Origin: Octopus sinensis
Lineage: Eukaryota
DNA: 64,000 nucleotides
NCBI RefSeq assembly: GCF_006345805.1
Contig: NC_043011.1
Span: 42,420,464 to 42,484,463 of the forward strand
Direction of reading: 5' to 3'
The notes under the pieces were generated by a model. That model made no database searches. It was not told the origin of the DNA and was given only the letters and a program-made list of their open reading frames with translations. A program made the position numbers and the translations under genes. This document shows, piece by piece, positions 38,999 through 57,725 of this stretch; position 1 is the stretch's first letter; every line of letters starts with the position of its first letter.

Positions 38999-39387
38999 TC
39001 TTTATATATAAAAGTGAAGTTGTGTATCTGTCTCCTACGATTTAGATTCCCAACTACTCCCACATTTTGCGGTGCAGTGTAACCAAAAGCAGGTATCTTA
39101 TAGTCGTGATTCATATCAAGCCCTTCTGGGTATTAGCGAGTGTCTACGATTTAAAAAAAAATTTACAATCATTTTCCCCCCATTTTTAATGCATTTTTTG
39201 GCTATTATATAAGGGAAGTAACTCTCTAAAAATGTCTATGATGAGTCAACGATTTAAAAAAAAATTTACTATAATTTTTTTCCCATTTTCAATGCATTTT
39301 TTTGCTATTTTTTGGCTATAACTCTCTAAAAATGCTTATATAGTTATTTCCCTTACAAACCCGAGCAACGCCGGGCGATACTGCTAG
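38999..39387 (+). mobile_element. Non-autonomous Helitron-like element (389 bp) inserted in a family-A SINE
   Basis: A|TCTTTATATATAAAAG ... cccgagcaacgccggg hairpin, gatactgCTAG|T; internal ~105-bp duplication; SINE sequence resumes on both sides. Confidence 0.8.
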
Positions 39388-39978
39388 TAAATAATATAAA
39401 CGAAGACCATAAGATATTTAATCCAGCTCCTTATTGTGTCTGCCACTCCAGACCCGATGATGAAGATGATAATAATGATCATTTCATATTTTGACAGGAG
39501 GTTGGTCATTTTAAGGGTATGCCTAGGATTATTATTACATTAACCAACATGTCCTTTCTTTAAGATGATGTGTGATTTGAGGGAGTTTAGCTACTACTTC
39601 TAAAAAGTCAAGCTATCACATAGAGACCCAGTTACTTGGTGAGTTAATACTCCGGGTTATTGTTGTTTAGCTCTAGGACAACCATGATTGCTCTCCCTCT
39701 CTCTACTGTGTCAAGAGGCAGCAGAATAAACTATGTTTAGGGTGGCAGTAAACCTAAACATTGCAAAGAACAGATCCAAGAGAATGTTGAAGACAGGAGC
39801 AGAAGTTTGAGATTTGATCTAGAAGAACAACTGGCAGGGTTGGTCGGAGAAGGTAGGAGAGATGTGGGAACGGAAATCCATTATCTTTGTTGGTCAATTT
39901 CAAAAGGGCCAGCAGAAGTCAAGAAATTCCTAGTACTGAGGTCAGTAATAAGCACTCACATACACACACATGCTCTCT

Positions 39979-40039
<61 letters not shown>

Positions 40040-40191
40040 GCGTGCGTGCGTACATTTTCAGTTTACTGTGGCCATTTATAGGCAAGGAAATTCCAACAGA
40101 TACTTGATGCTTAGAATTCAAGTGCTTAGTTCCTGAGGAATTATTGTTACAATAGAACTTTCATCAAATTTTGGTGCAGCTGGGCATTGAT

Positions 40192-40243
<52 letters not shown>

Positions 40244-40807
40244 CTTACATACATAAGCACATTCACATATATATACATCCACATAGGCTTACAAAAAGAC
40301 ACTTATGAGTGCGTGTGTCTTTGAGAGAGAGAGAGAGAGAGAGGGGGTGAGTGTGTGTGTAAAATACACAACGCATCTACTTATATAAAAGATGAGAGGT
40401 TTCTGTATAATGGCGGTGACCAAGTTTGGATGAATGCTATCAGAGGCAACGACACACCAGCATCACAGTATTCCATTTAGTTTCATAAAGATGTGTACTG
40501 AAGACTCAGAACAAACTAAGCACTAACTAAATATCAGTTTTATATTTTTGATAAAAACTAATTGATGATAGTTAAATTTTATCAATCACTAAATTTTAAT
40601 TAGAAAATTTCAAATGTAACATATCTTCTATCTTTTACATGTTTCAGTCATTGGACTGCAGCCATGCAGGGGTACTGCATTGAAGGGTTTAGTCAAACAA
40701 ATCGAACCCCGGACATATTTTTTGAAGTCTGGTACTCACTCTATTAGTCTTCTTTTGCCAAGCTGCTAAGTCAGATGTTTATAAAGTGAGCTTCTTCACC
40801 ACTCGGC

Positions 40808-40853
<46 letters not shown>

Positions 40854-41325
40854 CAGTTTAGTGTTCCGTATAACAGCTGAACACCAAACTGAATGCTAAC
40901 TAAACACAAGAGTTAAACATCAGAATGACTGAATCTGATTACTTAATTAATTAGGAAGGTAGATGGATGGATAGACATACAAACAGACAGAACAGTCAAT
41001 CATAGTATTTACATCATCATCACCACCACCACAATTGTAATCATTGCAGCCATCACCATCATAACTATAGTCATTAGAGCCACCATCATAATCATCATTA
41101 CCATAACCACAATTTTAATCATTATCACCATAATCACCAAATTAACATCTGTCCCCCCACTCTCTCTCTCTCTCTCCCTAGACGCCATCCATGCTGGTCT
41201 GGATTGGATGGGAATATCATGAAGAATTTGAAATATCCAAAAGAGAAAACTAATAATGAAATATATAAAAGCAAAAGACATGCAGGAAATGACATGGAAC
41301 CCAAAATGCTTTCAGATTATTATTA

Positions 41326-41359
<34 letters not shown>

Positions 41360-42318
41360 GGTAAGCTGGCAGAACTGTTAGCACACAGGATAAAATGCTT
41401 AGTGGTATTTTGTCTGTCTTTACATTCTGAGTTCAAATTCCACCCGGATTGACTTTACCTTTCATCCTTTCGGGGGGGGGGGGTCGATAAAATAAGTACC
41501 AGTTGTGTACTGGGGTCAACGTAAGTGACTTAAACCCTCCCCCAAATTTCAGGCCTTATGACTGTAGTAGAAAGGATTATTATTATTATTATTATTTTTA
41601 CTATTAAGGTAGTGAGCTGAGACAGGGTGCAAATGAATAAGACTGAATGGTGATTTCAAAAGTTGGCACAAGGCCAGCAATTTTGGTGGAGGGGATAAGT
41701 TGATTACATTGACCCCAGTATTCAACTGGTATTTAGTTTATTGACCTTGAGAAGATGAAAAACAAAGTCGTCCTCAGCAGAATTTGAACTCAGAATGTAA
41801 ACACGGATGAAACACAACTAAACATTTTGCCCGGCATGCTAATGATTCTGACAGCTCATTGCCTTTAATAAGATAGAATATTAATTGATGTAACATTAAT
41901 GGTTGACTGATTCAATTGTGACAGGTTCCACCAACCCAATCAATCGACTGTTCGATCAATAATGATCAATTTTTTTCCCTCTCCCTCCTGCTCTTCAAAT
42001 AATAGTTCAAGCAAAAGCCTATTGACCTTAATTCTAAATTTTTCTCAATTTGAAGCTATAAGTCAGTTTCTAACTGCCCCACCCTGCCCCTCTTCCTGCT
42101 ATTTGTTTTTGGTTTTTGTTGCAACAAAATAAAAACCAAAAATCCCAACAGAAACTGAAGAATCCACCTGGTTTTCATTCTCCATCTTCAGAAACCATTC
42201 TCTGTGGAAATGTGGCAGAAGAGATGAGGAAAGAATAAAGAATTTGGTTTTAACAATTTCATTATGGGAGAATCAGTGTACCTACCTCAAAAATACAGTT
42301 TACTCACAAACATGCAGT

Positions 42319-45509
<3,191 letters not shown>

Positions 45510-45949
45510 ACACACACACATACATACACACACACACTCATCTATCTATCTAAAAAAATTAGGTGAGAGATGTCCAGAATTGGGTGTGTGTATTTAACAG
45601 AATTTTAAGAGCACACTTACACACACACCACACACACACACATCCACACACTTTAGATGGCACATGCATACATACACAGACACCCAAGAACAAATATCTA
45701 AACACTCATATTCAGACACACACATACTGACACACAAACAAACCAAGCAATTCATAGCTAGATGCGTTTTGAATTACATCAGCACACACACATACAAACA
45801 CACTATAAACTCCACACATACACTTTCACAAACATCTCTAACATCTCTTTTATCCTCTCTCTTGACATACACACTCATTACACATACATACATACATATA
45901 TATATATATACAAATATGAGAGAGAATCCACTATGTGGACGCCCTTACG

Positions 45950-45991
<42 letters not shown>

Positions 45992-46326
45992 ATATAAACA
46001 ATATATATTTATATGTATATATATACACATGTATATGTACATACTTATATCTATACGTGTATATATATATATATATATATATGCATATGTGGGCACAGAA
46101 CGTGTACAACAAAAAAGTACAGAGCACGAGTACATGGAATATGAACTATACTTTCGAACAATGAAAGACACAAATGGAAAACAAAATAAACATAAAGAAC
46201 GACCCTTCATCAGTTGTTGGCTGTTTTTCTAGTCTCGTATTCCGAGTATTTAACAACAATATGCGCTTTCGATAAAACAGTTGCTCCCACAAAGTAAATT
46301 AAATAAAAATGTGTGTGCGTGTGTGG

Positions 46327-46371
<45 letters not shown>

Positions 46372-48303
46372 TACTGTGCCATCCACATATTCTGATTGAA
46401 TCCTCTTTGCGTCAATATGTACCTCCTTGTGACAATGTAGCCTTTAATCTAATCAAGATATGTTTGGCCTGAAGAGTAGCTGGTGGTATACACCTCACTT
46501 GGATTTTACCACCTCTGAGGTTCCACTTGCTATGAAACATATGTAGCCTGGATTTCCCATACTCCATTCTGTAACTCTTGTGTATATATACATACACACA
46601 CACATACATACATATATACATACATACATATACACACACAAACACACACACACACTTTTGAGTAATGATAGCAATACGGCCAATAAAGATATTAAAAGTG
46701 ATTCAAATGTGAAATTAATATGGTGGTGGTGTTTAGAAGAGCAAGGGGGATGAGAAGGTTGGACTAAGGGTGAGGGAACAAACAACAGGAAAAGAGAGAC
46801 ATGGAACCATAATGGAGAGTCATCCTGACCAGAGGGACCAGCTGGGAATTTGACTGGTAGACTGGACACAGAACATAGATGCTAGATTACACGCACATAC
46901 ATGCATGCAAACGCTGGCTTGTCAGCTCCTGTCAACCTGTTCAACCCATGCCAGCATGGAAAACATGCTAAATGTTGATATATACATAGCGTGTTAGAGA
47001 GGATGGATGGATATATATATATATATCCTCCCCCACACCCTGCCCTTCAGTCTTTGATTTGTTTCACCCACCAATGTGTTTGTTGCATCACAGTCTTTCA
47101 TTCTAAGAACCACTTGTGGAATTTCCTAAAGTTCCATAAGTGCTCCTTAAAGTAAAAGAGAAACATGTCTTGAGGAATCTTTAAATACATAAATTAAAAG
47201 TGTTATGCCCTTAAGCTTAGCAGCCCAGTCCAGTTTAACAAGTTCTTAAATAACAACCCACCCCTACCAAAAATAAAAAATTTCAACAAGAAAATATTTT
47301 TGAAAAGATGAAAAAAATTAAATCAATATGAAGAGAAAAAAGTAATTAAAAAGAATTCAACAAAAAATATATAATTGAATAAAAAATAATATTAGTCACT
47401 TATTGTGATATGAGAGTTTCCACCCTGGAACTACGGAGTAGTGTACTCTCTCCCTCTCCACCCCTCTATCACTCTTCCACTCTTTCAGCTATCCTAATCA
47501 ATCACAATTGCTCCCACTTACAGAGGACATCTTTATGAAATTTAATAGTAACAGAAAATGATTACCATTAATTTCACTCACTGGACTGTGGTCATTCATG
47601 GGTTACAGCTTTCTAAGGTGCAGCCCCAAAAAATCCACTTCCAGAAGGTAACACGTTATTTTACTGGCCTAGGAAGGGTGAAGGGTAAAGTTGACCTCAA
47701 TGGCAGTCAGCATGTTTAACCGAGATATAGGTTGAGGGGGAATCCCTGCTCTAAATATGAGAATGTTTCTATGTTGAGCCCCGTTTTTTTTTTTAAATAC
47801 TTAAATAAACATCAAACAAAAGAAAAATGTATTTAAAATGTAGAAGAATTTAAAACAACTGTCCAGTTTAATTTTTGAAAATATAAGGACAAAAACCCAA
47901 AATGATGGTTTTAAAAAAATATAAGAATTCCAAAATAATTCTTTGAAACTTTCCCCAAAACTGAATCTTGGTCTGTAACTGAGAATTCTGATGTCAGTCA
48001 GGTGTTCAAGATGATTTAACACAGCAATATATTCTTCATTAATTAAGAGTCATCAATATGAGTTGGTCATTCTACAAAGAATGTTCCACTAAAGCTAACA
48101 AATTCCATGTGAAACAGAAAAAATTTCTCACAAAATCTTTTAACTACAAGAAGTGGAATTATCAAGAAAAAAAAAAGAGAAAACTTAAAAATATTTTGAC
48201 AGAAATATTTTGAAAAATTAAATTAATATGGAAAGAAAATATAATAAAACAGAATCTAAAAAACAAGCAAAATTGAATAAAAAAAAAATATATTCCTTGT
48301 TAC

Positions 48304-48327
48304 CTTTTTTGCAAAGTGAATTTTCAT
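48304..48327 (-). CDS. Rgl: Candidate first coding exon, MKIHFAKK (8 codons)
   Basis: Minus strand reads catt ATG AAA ATT CAC TTT GCA AAA AAG|gtaaca, a phase-0 donor matching the phase-0 acceptor at 30192. CpG-enriched sequence lies just upstream. Comparable in length and character to the short first exon I recall for vertebrate RGL1 (MKLLWQAKM). Confidence 0.55.
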
Positions 48328-48399
48328 AATGTAATGATTAAAAGAGCCGAAAATTGTATCCTATATATATATATGTGTGTGTATATATATATATATATA

Positions 48400-48615
48400 T
48401 ATAAAGGGGCCGACAAAAATCACGAGATCAAATTGTAGAATACGCTCTTTGCCAGTGGCGTCTTTCTATACAGAACTGACCACTCTGCAAAGAGACGAAG
48501 GAGACAGTAATCCGTCCCGAAGAAGCTGATATGCTAATACTGAAGAGAATTCAAGTGAATTCAACATTAGAACGAAACCAAAACGGAACTGTTTCGTCAC
48601 GAGACCCATTGAGAC
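48400..48615. promoter_or_regulatory. CpG-enriched unique patch, candidate promoter or 5' UTR of the RalGEF gene
   Basis: About a dozen CpGs in ~200 bp of non-repeat sequence against a CpG-poor background, directly upstream (minus strand) of the candidate first exon. Confidence 0.45.
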
Positions 48616-48923
48616 AAAACAATAATAACAAAAAAAAAAAAAAAAAGTACATGACTATAAATAGAAACAAACGAAAAAAAGAGAGAAAGAAACAAACAAA
48701 CAAAGCAATCATACTTTCTGAACAGGATTCTGGTGTGGTGTAAGTTCATCTCAATTTTATGTATTTTTTTCTAATTTCCTAGAGTAGATTGGGAAGGGAG
48801 GGGGAGTAAAATATTGCGAAAGAGAAGAATTCAGGATATCTCCCCCACTCCACCGCCACAAACACTGCTAGTGTTCCATAGGAAACAGGATATCATGGTT
48901 ATTTATCCATGTATGTATATAAT

Positions 48924-50172
<1,249 letters not shown>

Positions 50173-52461
50173 ATATATGACGGGCTTCTTTCAGTTTCTG
50201 TCTACCAAATCCACTCACAAGGCTTTGGTCGGCCCAAGGTTATAGTAGAAGATACTTGCTTAAAGTGTCATGCAGTGGGACTGAACCTAGTTGGTAAGCA
50301 ATATAATATATATATATATATATATATAAACACACACTGCTACATACACATACACACACATGTATGTATATGCACATATATATGTATACACACGTGTATG
50401 TGTGTGTAAATATGTAGGTTTGGTAGTACACGAAACTATCAGCTTTTGAGTCACTCTGTAATGTCAGCCAATTAGAAGCAAAAAAATTGAATTTATTTAT
50501 TTGTTTATATTTATTTTGTATTTATTAGTCTATTTCTTTATGCATATCTAAGGGTGGTGTACACAGACATATTTCGCAAACAAACAACTTTGTTAATAAG
50601 TGATTAATTACAACCCCTCCCGTTGCAAATTACAGCTTGTGTCACTGGAAAACCAGAGAACAACAACAGCAGTAACAACAACAATAACACTGATGGTGGA
50701 AGTGGTGATGCTGCTTGATAACATTCCGAAAGTGGTGGTGGTGGGGGGGGGCGGTGGAGAAAGAACGAAAAACCAAAACAAAACATTTCCCCACTTATCA
50801 AGTTCTGACTGCACTCCTCCCGCCTGCTTCAAAAATCCCTGTAGAAAAACACGGAACAGGATGTTTGGTGGGATTATTACAGTGAAAAACATAATTTTAA
50901 TCATAGAATATGAAATACAAGCACGAGTTGACATTACTGATATTAACAGAACTTTTCCTCTGCCCAGTATGTCAACACTTCTGTTTAAGAACACTTCATT
51001 TGTTAGAAATAGCAGCCAAAAATTATCACAAACCATACAGTTGTTTTAAGATTAGATCAATATTTTGAATAAGTGTAATCCTGGATAAACTTTGTCTGAA
51101 TAAAGAGGGGATGGTCTGATATTTTATTACCCACAAGGGGCCATGAAGAGGGGACAAACAAAACGTGGGACATATAACATGAAAAATGAATGACATGGAT
51201 TTGTACAAATAAGGATGTGACAGCTACCCTAGCCCCACTCCAGGATGGAAATATTCTTTTCTATTCTAGGCACAAAGCCCGACATTTTGGGGAAGGGGGC
51301 CAGTCGATTAGATTGACCCTAGTACACAACTGGTACTTAATTTATCAACCCCAAAAGGATGAAAGGCAAAGTCAAACTTGGGTAAATTTGAACTCAGAAC
51401 ATAAACACAGACGAAAGCATTTCACCCGGCGTGCTAACATTTCTGCCAGCTTGCCACCTTAAGGAGGAGATGGTCATGGCTTGCCACTTTAAGGAGGGGA
51501 TGGTCATAGGCGCTCAATACCCTCCTGATGAAAAGATGAAAAAAGAAAAGCCTGCTTGACACAGACAGACCTGGATTAAACAACAACTGTTACAAATAAG
51601 ACTCATGTTCTATAAAGGTACACCCCCACACATACACTCACACACACGATTATGTGGTTGAGAAGTCTTGTTTGTAGCCATGTAATATTTTGGGTTCAGA
51701 TCCACTGTGAAGCACCTGCAGCAAGTGTCTTTCCACTGGGTTGATTAAAGCTTTGAGAACGATTTCATAGATGGAAACTGAAAAAAGTGGGTTTTGAGTG
51801 CACATGTGAGTGTGTATATAAACACAAGCTCTTTTGAGCTTCAGTGTGTGTGTGTGTGTGCTTGTGTCTCCATGTTTTGCCATTTCACACTAGTTCTGAA
51901 CAAATGCCACTATCATACAAGTGGGGTGGTTTGTTTTCCCTATTCTGTGAAAGCACATGCAGCCATGGGGAAATATTCCTTGCTTGGAAACAGATGAGGT
52001 TTGGCAACAGGAAGGGCACCCAGCTGTAGAAAATCCATCTCAATGAATTCCATCTGACCCATGCAAACATGGGAAATTGGACATTAAATGACAACAATAA
52101 TGATGATATATGATGCTGATCATCATCATTTAACATCCACTCTCCACCGCTGGCATGGGTTGGATGAGTTGACAGGAACTGTGCCAGGCTCCACTGTCTG
52201 CTTTGACATGGTTTCTATGGCTGGATGCCCTTCCTGTATATATTGCCATTAGAAATATGTCATAGGACCCTACTGCTATCAGTAAAGCAATTATGCACAC
52301 ACATATATACAACAGGCTTCCACACAGTTTCCATCGACCAAATACACTCACAAGGCATTAGCTAGCTCAAGGCACTTGGAATGCAGTGGGATTGAACCCA
52401 GAATACATATTTATATGTGTATGTATATATATACTTTTTTGTGTGTGAGTATATTTATATT

Positions 52462-52497
<36 letters not shown>

Positions 52498-55189
52498 GTA
52501 GGCGCGGGCATGGCTGCGTGGTTAGGGAGCTTGCTTCCTAGCTACATGGTTTTGGGTTCAGTCCCATTGCGTGGCACTTTGGGTAGGTGTCTTCCACTAT
52601 AGCCCCGAGCCGACTGGAGCTTTGTGATTGAATTCGGTAGGTGGAAGTTACTGCCGTGTGTGTATGTGTGAGTATAGCTGCTCAGTGCCTCTCCGAAAGA
52701 GAGAGAGGGAGAGGGATATATCTATTTTCTGTGTGTGTGTGTGTGTGTGTTTATATATGTGTGTTGGATAGGGTAAGAGAAAATTAATTGAAATTGGAGA
52801 AAGTAGTTGATGAAATACTGGAAGAAATGTTAGCTGCTGCCAGAGAGACAAACAGACAGACAATTCACTACATCGTTCCAAATGTCGCATTATTCCACAC
52901 CTCTACATTTTTAACCTTTGTGCGCGTGTGCATGCCTGCGCATGTGATTTTTACCACCCACCTAACTTCTTTGCTTCTTTTTTTTTTTTTTTTTTTTAAT
53001 TTTTTTGAGTTAATCGAGGGAGACTGACTTAAGGAGTTTACTCCATCTGCAAGAAATACTAGCCAAATCTCCCTCATATCACATTCAGAAAGACAATGTT
53101 GTCCCGAATTTAAAAAGAAAAAAAATTGGGGATATACACAGGCATGGCTGTGTGGTTGCTTCCCAGCCACATGGTTCCAGGTTCAGTCCCAATGAACACC
53201 TTGAGCAAGTGTCTTCTACGATTAGCTTCGGGCTAACCAGAGTCTTGGAAGTGGATTTGAAAACTGACAGAACACTGTCCTGTATGTGTGTGTGTGTGTG
53301 TGTGTATTGTTCCCCACTGCTTGACAACCAGTGTTGGTGTGTTTACGTCCCAGTAACTTAGTGATTCAGCAAAAAAAGGGACTGATAAAATAAGTACCAG
53401 GCTTCAAAAAAAAAAAAAAAAATTACTGGGGTCAATTCATTTGTCAAAAAATTCTTCAAGATGGTGCCCCAGCATGGCAGTAGTCTAATGATTGGAAGGA
53501 GTAGAAAGGTAAGAAGATAGAAGCAACTGGAATGTCTTGATCATAGGCCTACTCAATCAGAACTGACCTGGGGTTATATAGATGACCACTCAGTTCAAAG
53601 TCTCTCTTGACTAGAAATGGCCTGAACTCTTTGCAAGAACACCCTCCCTGTACATAACTCATGTCCCCCTACATGGCCTTGCTTTTGCTTTTTGAGCCAA
53701 AAAATTAACTTAACTTAACAACAGCCACAACAACATCAGCAACAACAACAGCAGATTGCTTATTTATATTTATTTGTTTAATAGAAAGAGTTTATCTTTC
53801 TAATTGTAGCAAGGGAGTCACATGGACCTGTGAATTAAGGTCTTCAACTGGGTCCCTGACAAATGAAATACTAACAATCACTAACACTGAAACTAGCTTT
53901 GTTACATCATCATCATCATTTAACGTCTGTTTTCCATGCTAGCATGGGTAGGACGGTTCAACTGGGGTCTGGGAAGCCAGGAGGCTGCACCAGGCTCCAG
54001 TTTTATACTTCGTTACCTTACATTAATAATGGTTTCAAATTTTGGCACAAGGCCAGCAATTTTTTGAGGAGGAGTGCTAAGCACTTACCCAGCATGCTAA
54101 CGATTCTATCTGCTTGTTGCCTTCTCTCATTATTATTATTATTATTATTTAAACTTACATATTGAACTGTTATTTCCGTAATGATAACTAAACATTGAAA
54201 CTGTAACAAACTATTATTTTACTATCACTAATGTTGAATCTGTAGCTTTATGATTATCAATATTAATCTTATTAAGTCTTAAATAATGAAATATTCACTA
54301 ATGACCACTGTTTCATAAGCAAAACAAATATAGACATGATGGACTTGGCTGGAAGCCTTTGAGCATGTATCTGCTTAATCAGGGCTGATCTGTATTAACA
54401 CCAAACAGCAACACTATATTTGCTTTAACATTGAGCTGCATCTGTTTGCTGTTACTTATGATGGTACCACAATGGTATCTGCTCAAGCCGATTCTACGAA
54501 CACTCCTATCTAAGTCCTTTCTATGCATCTATCTTACTGCTTGCTTCACACCAATACTGTGTGTGTGTGTGTGTGTGTGTCTGAGACTATCTACCAATCC
54601 TTCTCACCCAGAGTCATTTATCTCCTTATAAACCCTCTTCCAACCTCTACCTTCCACTAATTAAATAAACTGTACTAACCTTGTTACACAGCCCATAAAA
54701 GTCTTGAGAAAAAAAAAAAAAGCTGTGGTCACTGCCCACTCCCTCAAACTACAAAACTTTTTAAAAAATATTTAGCAGTAATTAAAGACAGGAATTTGGC
54801 AGATGGTTGAAATGTTTGGATAGGATTCTTGACAATTTAGTCTAGTTTTTCTTCTATCTCATGGTTCTATATTCAAACAGTGTCAAGATCAAACAAGGTT
54901 TGCATTTTGAGCCAAGAAAACGGAAACAAGAAACAAACAACATGACACGGAATTTTAGTTGTTGGCAAATGAACGATGGAACCAGATTTCATTTCAAAGT
55001 TGGCACAGACATCTCGATATATTCTTTAAACTTTCCCCTTCTCCAGAAAAATATTAAACTTTATGACAATAGAAGGAAGCAATGGAAGTACCATTTTAGT
55101 GAGATTCCAAGAAAGAGCTGATTCTAAGATGCACTGAAAGACAGATATTTGTGTGAGAGTGAGGATGAAAAAAATGGTGCTAATGCTTG

Positions 55190-55925
55190 AGAATATAACC
55201 CAGAGAAATAACACAACTCACGTATTATACCACTGTAGTTAGTCATGATATCAAATATAACACAGTAAGATATTATGCTTAGCTATCATGCCATCATAGT
55301 CACATAGGATATCATATAACACAGTGAGATGAAGTCAGTTATTTAGCTGCTATAAAATAACCTAGAATTATGTGTAATACAGTGAAAGTCTGTTTGCTGG
55401 ACTCAAATCCTTTTTAAACATTACTTGTTACTTTCTGTTGATAAATGACATCACTGTTGTGTTATACATTTATAGTTTGTTTACTTTTGTAAGGCTTATA
55501 TGATACTTTTCTTGCCGCTGATGTATCTGTCTACTCTATAATATCATATATAACAAAGTGAGATAAACTTAGCTAAGGTGTTACTGTAATCACCTATAAC
55601 AATATATATAAAGTAAAATGTGAGATAAAGTTCTTTAATAATATATATAACACAGTGAGATAACATTGTTAACTATCTTGTTACTATTGCTATCTATATC
55701 ACAAACAACACGGTAAAATAAATCTCTTTATAATGTAATACATATATAACACAGCGAGATAATGAAGATCATTACATGTCATGTATAACTCAGTGAGGTA
55801 TCAAAGTTACCTCACTGTGTTATATCTAAGCAACATAGATTATAATATCGTCATATGTAATAGTGAGATAACAAAGTTAGCCATCATGCCACTGTAGTTA
55901 TCTCTAAGATCATATACAACAAAGT
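55190..55925. repeat. Diverged array of TATAACACAGTGAGATA motifs with variable spacers
   Basis: Motif copies at 55194, 55256, 55315, 55373, 55549, 55646, 55745, 55784, ~55855, and inverted at 55808-55824. Confidence 0.75.
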
Positions 55926-56176
55926 CATTCTAATCCCCTGAAATATCTTGTAAAACAGATCAAGATTCTTTAATCTGAGGAGAACTGAAGCACCATTTGG
56001 TCCTTTGTTTTATAAAACTTTCTTTGGTCTTTGATGTGTGTGTGTGTGTGTGTGTGCATAATCTCTGCAGAATGAAACTGCATGGAACATTTTTGTAAGT
56101 GGAAAGTAAAATTTAAAGACAGAGAGAACAGTTGAGGTATATATATATATATATATATAATATATATATATATATA

Positions 56177-56252
<76 letters not shown>

Positions 56253-56342
56253 CGATAAAGAGAGAGATGGGGGTGAGAAAGACAGAGGGAGAGAGAAGCA
56301 GGATAAACACACAAAAAACATAATAAACAGAGATATATATAG

Positions 56343-56389
<47 letters not shown>

Positions 56390-57039
56390 AATAATTAAAA
56401 TTATAAACAAATATATATAAAGAAAAAAAAACTATAAAGAAAATAAGAGAAAATAATGAATAAAATAATAAAATTCTCTTTCTTTCTCTCTAAATAGATA
56501 AAGAAAAACAAAAAGGAAGATAAGGGAGGAGTGAAAAAAAGAAACAACAAACAAAAGAAACCAAAGACATCATGAAAAGAGTAGATTCTTGAACATTTGT
56601 GCTGTTCCAAATGTAAAGGTCAACCAGTGGAAGAATGGTTTACCCACCTGTAACAAGAGCAGACTAGAAGCTTTGCCATCCACCTACCCATCTACCCCAG
56701 TGAGATCAGCTAAACAGGCAGCATCAGATCCTGTAACCAAGGGATACAGCAAGCAGGCAGTGAAATTCTATTTCCAAGATAAGCAGGTTTCTAATTCTGA
56801 TAAATGCTGTTGAGCAATGCTCCACACACACACACATATATATGTATGTATGTATGTATATGTGTTTGTGTGAATGTATGTATGTATGTGTGTGTGTGTA
56901 TATATATATATAATATATATCTACATACACACACACACATATGAACACACGTGTGTGTGTGTGTGTGTTTGAAATAAAACTGGCTTCAAACAAACTGCTA
57001 TACAGTTATAGAGATAGATGGCTATGAGAGAATGTGGAA

Positions 57040-57549
57040 GTTAGACTGACATATATGGAGAGATATATAGACATCAGCAGAAATAGATGTAAGATGGTAA
57101 GACAGGTATAAATGAGACAGATCGACAGATAGATAGATAGACAGATCGACAGATAGATAGACAACAGATCAATAGCTAGATAGACAGACAGATCGATAGA
57201 AAGATGATAGACTGAAAGATAGACAGATCGATAGATAGACAGATTAATAAATAGACAGATTGACCGATAGGCAGATCAATAGATAGATAGGCAGATCGAT
57301 AGATAGATGATAGACTGAAAGATAGACAGATCAATAGATAGATTAATAAATAGACAGATTGACCGATAGACAGATCAATAGATAGGCAGATCGATAGATA
57401 GATCGACAAAAAGACAGATAGATACACAGATTGATCGATCAACAGACAGATAGATAGGCAGACCAATAGACAGACAGACAAATAAACAGACAGACAGACA
57501 GACCAATAGACAGACAGACAAATAAACAGACAGACAGACAGACCAATAG

Positions 57550-57592
<43 letters not shown>

Positions 57593-57725
57593 CAGACAAC
57601 TGATAGACAAATAGATAGATAGACAGACTGATAGATAGACAGAAAGACCGACAGATAGATAGACAGACAGAGTGAGAGATAAACAAAGGTGGATAGATAG
57701 ATAAAGATAGACAGGCAGAGCAATA
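57040..57725. repeat. Compound (GATA)/(GACA) tetranucleotide tract with ~100-bp higher-order duplication
   Basis: Direct inspection; source of the LSIY/SVCL ORFs. Confidence 0.9.

Noticed and set aside
46100-46260. Third hammerhead (minus-strand CTGATGA ... CGAAAG)
   Set aside because: I could not build stem I or stem II around the cores; it is probably a different repeat fragment.
55190-55925. CRISPR-like repeat-spacer appearance
   Set aside because: Repeats are degenerate, spacing is irregular, spacers are partly homologous, there are no cas genes, and the context is eukaryotic.
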